Virus record (IMG/VR): IMGVR_UViG_3300024262_000013
Direction: 5' to 3' (one strand)
Origin: a virus
Taxonomy: Duplodnaviria > Caudoviricetes
DNA: 64,000 nucleotides
Shown here: piece after piece, positions 58,121 through 64,000 of the stretch
Position numbering within the stretch: position 1 is the first letter of the stretch
Layout: each line of letters begins with the position of its first letter
Made by a program: the position numbers and the translations under genes
Notes under the pieces: model-generated
What the model saw: the letters and a program-made list of their open reading frames with translations, nothing else
Database searches by the model: none
Told to the model about the DNA's origin: nothing

Positions 58121-59116
58121 TTATTTTTGATGATTAAATCCGGTCCAGTATTCAATCATTTCATCTAACATACTCTCAAATGTGTAGTTAGGCGACCAAT
58201 TAGTTTTTTCTCTTAATTTACTATTATCTCCCTTTAAATCTTTTAATTCTTCAGGTCTAAAATATTTATCATTAACTTTAACATATTCCTCTACATTTAG
58301 TTCTAGTTTATTAAATACGTATTCAACTAAGTCTTTAACTGAGTGTGATACCCCTGTAGAACATATAAAGTCATCTGGTTCGTCTTGTTGTAATATTAAC
58401 CACATAGCTTCGACATAGTCTTTTGCGTGTCCCCAGTCTCTTGTTGCATCCATATTACCTAATACTAACTCACTTCTAAGTCCTTTTTTAATTTCAACGG
58501 CAGTTTTAACCACTTTATTAGTGACAAAATTAGTACCTCTTCTTGGTGACTCATGATTAAATAAAATTCCATTTGAAATAAACATCCCATATGAGTTACG
58601 GTAATTTTTTGAAATATTATAGGCAAAAACTTTTGAACACCCATAAGGCGAAACTGGACTCATCGGAGTATTTTCTCGTTGGTAACCATCATCATCAGTA
58701 TTGTTTCCAAACATTTCAGATGAAGAAGCTTGGTATATTTTAATGGTTGGGTCAATTAATTTTACGGACTCTAATAGGTTGAGTGTACCAATAGCGGTAA
58801 CATTAGCGGTATATATCGGTTGGTCAAAAGATATTCTTACGTGTGACTGAGCAGCTAAGTTATAAATCTCATCAGGTTTACATTTTTGTATTATCCTTAT
58901 TAGTGAGGATAAATCAGTCATATCAACATACTCTAAGTTATCCTTTATTAACTCATAAGATTTACCTAAACGATTAGTTTGGTTTTCTGAAACTGAATTA
59001 CGTTTTACTGTTCCCCAAACTTCGTATCCTTTTTGTAATAAAAATTCAGCTAAATAGGAACCATCTTGACCATTAATTCCGGTTATTAAGGCAACTTTAT
59101 TTTCTCGTTGTTTCAT
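58121..59116 (-). CDS. gmd: GDP-mannose 4,6-dehydratase
   Basis: ITGINGQDGSYL, YNLAAQSHV, QASSSE, SPYGCSK, NHESPRRG and RDWGHAKDY motifs. Confidence 0.96.
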   Translation of the reverse strand: MKQRENKVALITGINGQDGSYLAEFLLQKGYEVWGTVKRNSVSENQTNRLGKSYELIKDNLEYVDMTDLSSLIRIIQKCKPDEIYNLAAQSHVRISFDQPIYTANVTAIGTLNLLESVKLIDPTIKIYQASSSEMFGNNTDDDGYQRENTPMSPVSPYGCSKVFAYNISKNYRNSYGMFISNGILFNHESPRRGTNFVTNKVVKTAVEIKKGLRSELVLGNMDATRDWGHAKDYVEAMWLILQQDEPDDFICSTGVSHSVKDLVEYVFNKLELNVEEYVKVNDKYFRPEELKDLKGDNSKLREKTNWSPNYTFESMLDEMIEYWTGFNHQK

Positions 59117-59993
59117 AATTTTGTTTAAACCAATCTACCGTTTCTTTTATTCCGACTTCGATAGGGGTGAATTTAAAATCGGGTAAGTACTTTTTTATTT
59201 TTGAGTTGTCTGAAGGTTTTCTGAATTGACCTTCAGGTTTATCGGTATTAAAAATTACTTTACCCTTAAAGTTAAACTCGTTTACTAATAAATCAACTAG
59301 TTCTTTAATTGAAATCTCTTCTGAGGTAGTAAGTATTATTGGTTCGTCTTCATTATACTCATTTAAAACCCATTCGGTTAGTTTAGCAATATCTTTTGAA
59401 TAGATGAATTCTCGTAGAGGATTGCCTGAACCCCAAACCTCAAACGGAGTATTATTTTTTTGAGCTAAATACATTTTATGTATTAACATAGGCATAACAT
59501 GACCGTGTTCTAAAGAAAAATTATCATTAGGTCCATAAATATTTGTTGGTATTACTGATTTATATTGTAACCCGTATTGTTCTCGATAGGCCCTAATTTG
59601 TATGTCAGCCATTCTTTTTGCATAAGCATAAGCATTATTAGAGGTGTGAGGTTCACCCAAATGTATTTTATCTTCAGTTAATGGATAATCAACTTCATTA
59701 GGAAAAACACAGGTGGATAAAAAGGTTACTAATTTTTTTACACCACTCAATCTCGCTTGTTCAATGACGTTAGTATTCATCATAATATTATCGTAAAAGT
59801 ACTCACCTTTATACTTCATATTAGAACCTAACCCACCAACTTTAGCTGCGGTGTGAATCACTTCTTTCGGGTTATAAAACTTAAACATTGATTTTACGCT
59901 TTCACTATTTCTTAAGTCAAAATGTTGAGTGGAAATTTTTACATCTCCCTTTAATGATGAACCTACTAATCCATTTCCAGTTATTAATCTCAT
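59097..59993 (-). CDS. fcl: GDP-L-fucose synthase
   Basis: AAKVGG, STCVFP, YAYAKR, PTNIYGPNDNF, HVMPMLI and WGSGNPLREF motifs. Confidence 0.94.
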   Translation of the reverse strand: MRLITGNGLVGSSLKGDVKISTQHFDLRNSESVKSMFKFYNPKEVIHTAAKVGGLGSNMKYKGEYFYDNIMMNTNVIEQARLSGVKKLVTFLSTCVFPNEVDYPLTEDKIHLGEPHTSNNAYAYAKRMADIQIRAYREQYGLQYKSVIPTNIYGPNDNFSLEHGHVMPMLIHKMYLAQKNNTPFEVWGSGNPLREFIYSKDIAKLTEWVLNEYNEDEPIILTTSEEISIKELVDLLVNEFNFKGKVIFNTDKPEGQFRKPSDNSKIKKYLPDFKFTPIEVGIKETVDWFKQNYETTRK

Positions 59994-59994
59994 A

Positions 59995-60810
59995 TTACGA
60001 TATTGCTCTACCTTTTAGTTTATTCCAATCTTGTTCGGGTCTAACCTCTAAGTTAGTTTTCCAAGCTGCGTCTAATATGTTCATATTAACTCCAACATCA
60101 TTTGCCATAGAAATAATAGCGTTAATATCTTTAGGAAAACATGTACCACCAAAACCTAATTTACCATCAGGTCCAGGTACGTGTAAGTGTGAATCTCCAA
60201 CACGACCATCAGATGAGAAACCGTATACCGCGTCATCCCAATTAATTCCGACTAATTTAGCTAATCTATGGTATTCATTCATTAATGAGACTTTAGTCGC
60301 AAAAAATGTATTATTCATATATTTTATAAATTCGGCAGTTTTTGAATCGGTATGTATGAAGTGACGATTCATAAATCTATTTGAAAATAGTTTTTCAACT
60401 TTATCGGTTAGTTCCTTATCACCACCAAAAATTATTCTAGATTGAGTTAACATATCTAATTTAGCCGTTCTTTCAGTTAAAAACTCAGGTGAAAATATTA
60501 TATTTAAATGGGGATATTTTCTCTGTAACTCTTCTGTAGTACCAGGTAAGACAGTTGATTTGATAATATAAATGGGTCCCTCAACAGACTCTTCAAAAAC
60601 TTTTTCAATGAAGGATAAGTCTTGTCTACCGTCAACACTCATAGGTGTTGGTACGCATACAAATATAAAATCTGATTTATGTGTTTCACCTTTAGTATGT
60701 GTCGATTTTAATGGGTCTATATCATACACTCTAATTTCATTTGTTGGTGAAAACGCAAAAATTTGTGACTCCCCTACAAACCCGTTTCCAACTATACCTA
60801 CTATTTTCAT
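59995..60810 (-). CDS. UDP-glucose/GDP-mannose dehydrogenase-family protein (C-terminally short)
   Basis: GNGFVG, KSTVLPGT, SPEFL and GFGGTCFPKD motifs; 271 aa. Confidence 0.85.
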   Translation of the reverse strand: MKIVGIVGNGFVGESQIFAFSPTNEIRVYDIDPLKSTHTKGETHKSDFIFVCVPTPMSVDGRQDLSFIEKVFEESVEGPIYIIKSTVLPGTTEELQRKYPHLNIIFSPEFLTERTAKLDMLTQSRIIFGGDKELTDKVEKLFSNRFMNRHFIHTDSKTAEFIKYMNNTFFATKVSLMNEYHRLAKLVGINWDDAVYGFSSDGRVGDSHLHVPGPDGKLGFGGTCFPKDINAIISMANDVGVNMNILDAAWKTNLEVRPEQDWNKLKGRAIS

Positions 60811-60919
60811 AATTATAATTTTAATTCTAACCTAAATGTACTATACTATTTAAAAATCTCAATTGTTTGTTTATTTTTATAACTAAATTAATAACTTATA
60901 GTATATAAAACAACATAAT

Positions 60920-62101
60920 ATGAAAAAAATAGACTTATTCAGGGTATTCATGGCCCCAACTGCGGCCGAAGAGGTAACTAAAGTAATCAATAGCGGTTAT
61001 ATCGGTCAAGGACCTAAAGTAAATGAATTAGAAGAGATGATGAAGACACACTTCAATCATGATTACGTATCAACGGTTAATGCCGGAACATCTGCTCTTC
61101 ACTTAGCCTTACATTTATTAAAAAAACCATCAACAAATCAAGTAGTTTATGAAGGAGTTATTGGTTACGATTCAAAATGGCCAGGACTAGAAGACGGTGA
61201 TGAAGTTTTAGCTACACCATTAACTTGTACCGCGTCTAATTGGCCTGTATTGGCAAATAATTTAAAGATTAAATGGGTGGATATTGACCCTGAAACTTTA
61301 AATATGGATTTGGATGATTTAGCAAGAAAAATAACTCCAAAAACTAAAGTTATAATGTTAGTTCATTGGGGCGGATATCCAAACGACTTAGACAAAATAA
61401 AAGAAATTCAAGAAAAGGCTCAACGTATGTACGGATTTAAACCCGCGGTAATTGAAGACGGAGCACACTCTTTTGGTTCAACATATAAAGGAAAAAATAT
61501 AGGTACTCACGGTAACTTAACGATGTTTTCATTACAAGCTATCAAACATATAACATCCATTGATGGGGGATTATTACTTTCACCACATAAAAAGTTAAAT
61601 GATAGAGCGAGATTAATAAGGTGGTATGGTATCGATAGAGATGGTGATAGAAAAGATTTTAGATGTGAGGCAGATATTGAAGAATGGGGGTATAAATTTC
61701 ACATGAACGATGTTTGCGCAACAGTAGGTATTGAAAATTTAAAACATGCTGATGAGATAATTGAGAAACATAAATCAAACGCTAAATTTTATGATGAAAA
61801 TCTTAAAGATATTAAAGGTCTTACATTATTAAAAAGAGAGGATGGATTTGATTCATCTTTTTGGATATATTCAGTACTTGTCGATAACAAAGACTTATTT
61901 TATAAACATATGGGTAATCACGGAATTGCGGTTTCTCAAGTACACGAAAGAAATGACAAACATACCTGTGTTAGAGAGTTTGTATGTAATTTACCTAACT
62001 TAGATAAAACCATTGGTAAAATGGTATCAATACCTGTTGGTTGGTGGGTAACGACTGAAGATAGACAGTACATTGTTGATACTATTAAAAAGGGATGGTA
62101 A
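60920..62101 (+). CDS. DegT/DnrJ/EryC1/StrS aminotransferase
   Basis: NAGTSALHLA, VHWGG, IEDGAH and FSLQAIKHIT (PLP-binding Lys) motifs. Confidence 0.92.
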   Translation: MKKIDLFRVFMAPTAAEEVTKVINSGYIGQGPKVNELEEMMKTHFNHDYVSTVNAGTSALHLALHLLKKPSTNQVVYEGVIGYDSKWPGLEDGDEVLATPLTCTASNWPVLANNLKIKWVDIDPETLNMDLDDLARKITPKTKVIMLVHWGGYPNDLDKIKEIQEKAQRMYGFKPAVIEDGAHSFGSTYKGKNIGTHGNLTMFSLQAIKHITSIDGGLLLSPHKKLNDRARLIRWYGIDRDGDRKDFRCEADIEEWGYKFHMNDVCATVGIENLKHADEIIEKHKSNAKFYDENLKDIKGLTLLKREDGFDSSFWIYSVLVDNKDLFYKHMGNHGIAVSQVHERNDKHTCVREFVCNLPNLDKTIGKMVSIPVGWWVTTEDRQYIVDTIKKGW

Positions 62102-63229
62102 ATGATATTAAGAAAGTTAACTGTAGATGATTTATCTTTTTTATTAGAAGTTAGGAATGATGAGTCAACTAGAAAATTTTTAGAAAATGATTCAGTATTT
62201 ACATATGACGACTGTAAATCATGGTTTGAGTCTAATAATCCTTTATGGTTTATAATAGAGATTGATGAAGAATCTGTTGGTTATATTAGAACTAATGGTG
62301 ATGAGGTTGGGTGCGATATACACCCTGATTTTCGTAAAAAAGGATATGCCAGACAAGCATATAACTTATATTTAGAAAATAAAAAATATGCGACTTTATG
62401 GGTTTTTGAAAACAATTTCGCTAAAAAATTATATGAGTCATTAGGATTTATAGAGGTAGTGGGTGAAGTTAAAACAATAAGGAATAATAACTATATTAAA
62501 ATGGTTTATAATAAACCTATATTAGATGCGGACCTTAAGGTCGTACAAAATGTTAATTATATTATATCTTTTTATAATGGTCCACGAAGATGTTATGGTA
62601 GTTATAGAGGTATTGAATTCGCAACTAAACATATAGAATTTTTAAATAATAATTTACCTAATATTGGATTAGTATCGTTTGTTATACAAGAAAGTAAAAC
62701 CTCATTGGATGAAGAATTAATTGAATTTATTAATTCTTCAGATATAAAATTTAATTATGAAATAATTTTAAGAGAGAATGAAGGGTTGAGTTATGGGGGG
62801 TTTTCACACGTTATGAGAAAAAACCATACAAAGTATGGTTGGAGTTTTATTATTGAAGATGACTATATACCTATTTTAAAAGATTTTTTAAAATATTTTT
62901 GGGGTGAATTTAAACAAGATATAATTTATGTCTGTTCATTTTATCAAAACCGATACGCATCTATATCTACAGGTATGATATCCAATAATTTAATGAGAGG
63001 TAATATTAATGTACTTAAAGAATATGTAGGTAATGGATATTACGGTAGTGGTGGAGATTGTCAAATTCATTTTATGACGGAATTTTATAAATTAGGATTT
63101 TGTTTTGCAGATATAACTAAGGTCGCTTATACCTTGTTTTTACATTGTCATGGGGGGAACGACCCTATTCATATAAGATATCCAAAACATAGCCGAGTCT
63201 TATTACCATTAATAATTAAACCCATATAA
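62102..63229 (+). CDS. GNAT acetyltransferase fused to a GT-A-like domain
   Basis: FRKKGYA and YESLGF GNAT motifs; RENEGLSYGG...IIEDDY GT motifs. Confidence 0.75.
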   Translation: MILRKLTVDDLSFLLEVRNDESTRKFLENDSVFTYDDCKSWFESNNPLWFIIEIDEESVGYIRTNGDEVGCDIHPDFRKKGYARQAYNLYLENKKYATLWVFENNFAKKLYESLGFIEVVGEVKTIRNNNYIKMVYNKPILDADLKVVQNVNYIISFYNGPRRCYGSYRGIEFATKHIEFLNNNLPNIGLVSFVIQESKTSLDEELIEFINSSDIKFNYEIILRENEGLSYGGFSHVMRKNHTKYGWSFIIEDDYIPILKDFLKYFWGEFKQDIIYVCSFYQNRYASISTGMISNNLMRGNINVLKEYVGNGYYGSGGDCQIHFMTEFYKLGFCFADITKVAYTLFLHCHGGNDPIHIRYPKHSRVLLPLIIKPI

Positions 63230-63242
63230 AAGAATTAAATGT

Positions 63243-63917
63243 ATGGAACATAGAAAAGAAAAAATTAATCAAATTTTTATAGGGGGGTTTGGGGGTACTG
63301 GAAGTCGAGTAGTCTCCGAAATATTTGAAGGTTTTGGTTATTATGTTGGGAGAGAAATTGGTGGTGACTCATTAGACTTCGGTAAAGGAAGATTTGTTCA
63401 ATTTTTTGATTTGTGTTGGGGTAGAAAAGAATTTTCCTACCTTTTTAACTTTATTAATGGACGCTTAAAATTCACTAAAAATTCTAATAAATTTGCAATT
63501 AAACATGGTCATTTTATGTTTATAAATGATGAATTAAAAAAAGAGTACCCGAACTGCAAAACTGTATATGTTATGAGACATCCAATAGATATGGCGGTTA
63601 AAGATAAGTATATACCACATGTAAAGTATGGAAAGTTAATAGACCGTTATGATTTGAGGGGACATCTTTTAAGCGATAGTTTAGATGGTAAAATAAAATA
63701 TTATATAAGACAGTCGATTAAATCATGTAAAGAGGCAGATTTAGTCATAAAGTATGAGGACCTTTGTTTTGACTTAGAAAACCAATTAAAAATAATAAGA
63801 GAGTTTATTGGTGACCCTAATTTAAAGTTACCGGAAATTGTTATAAAACCATCAAAATCAATAGGTACGCAAGTACAATTGTATGATAATTATGATGTGT
63901 CAATGTTAGGTTACTAA
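63243..63917 (+). CDS. sulfotransferase-like P-loop protein
   Basis: GGFGGTGSR, MRHPID and IKYEDL motifs. Confidence 0.7.
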   Translation: MEHRKEKINQIFIGGFGGTGSRVVSEIFEGFGYYVGREIGGDSLDFGKGRFVQFFDLCWGRKEFSYLFNFINGRLKFTKNSNKFAIKHGHFMFINDELKKEYPNCKTVYVMRHPIDMAVKDKYIPHVKYGKLIDRYDLRGHLLSDSLDGKIKYYIRQSIKSCKEADLVIKYEDLCFDLENQLKIIREFIGDPNLKLPEIVIKPSKSIGTQVQLYDNYDVSMLGY

Positions 63918-63938
63918 ATTAAAGTATAAAAAAGAAAA

Positions 63939-64000
63939 ATGGTAAATTATATTGTTGCGGTTTATGCCGGTAAAAGGAGGGGTTATTTGGGACATTTACC
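63939..64000 (+). CDS. 3'-truncated ORF, likely a GT-like paralog
   Basis: MVNYIVAVYAGKRR resembles VNYIISFYNGPRR in 62102-63229. Confidence 0.5.
   Translation, partial: MVNYIVAVYAGKRRGYLGHL

Noticed and set aside
416-60835. Many overlapping Ser/Ile/Phe-rich ORFs (e.g. 1012-1434, 12829-13248, 30348-30704, 31914-32330, 40556-40867, 59888-60364)
   Set aside because: They are antisense or alternate-frame shadows of acidic real genes, with no promoter motifs or recognisable domains.
1-64000. Stop-codon reassignment as in some large Bacteroidota phages
   Set aside because: Conserved genes are full length in code 11, and TGA (410, 38095) and TAG (40227) occur as apparent stops.
1-64000. CRISPR array, integrase, intron or homing endonuclease
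   Set aside because: No repeat-spacer periodicity and no such motifs were seen. The tandem repeats found are in-frame coding microsatellites, and terminase, portal and capsid are uninterrupted.

Overview
This window is 64 kb of a large, AT-rich, T4-like (gp20/gp21/gp22/gp23 head module) dsDNA phage genome. It reads cleanly in the standard genetic code. The host is probably in Bacteroidota: TAnnTTTG promoters, SD-less A-rich start regions, a Bacteroidota-type ClpC and a bS21 with Tyr54 all point that way. Contents: (1) accessory genes, including a tandem GT17 glycosyltransferase, three 2OG-Fe(II) oxygenase-like genes and a GT25; (2) a tRNA-His and a tmRNA; (3) an N-terminally truncated ClpC, a UVR adaptor-like gene and an M28-like peptidase; (4) the head module (terminase, portal, protease, scaffold, major capsid) with bS21 on the opposite strand; (5) baseplate/spike-like genes, a gp55-like late sigma factor, PhoH and an NDP-sugar cluster (gmd, fcl, ugd-like, DegT, GNAT-GT, sulfotransferase). 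Two non-overlapping promoter classes are visible: host-type TAnnTTTG and a phage TATTTAT motif. Many TATTTAT-led proteins carry N-terminal (I/L/V)-x-E leaders that suggest protease-processed head cargo. The supplied ORF track mislabels the strand of several real genes (4295, 5767, 24510, 47391 and 47820 are all minus); these are corrected here. Family and DUF names come from motif recall, not from database searches.
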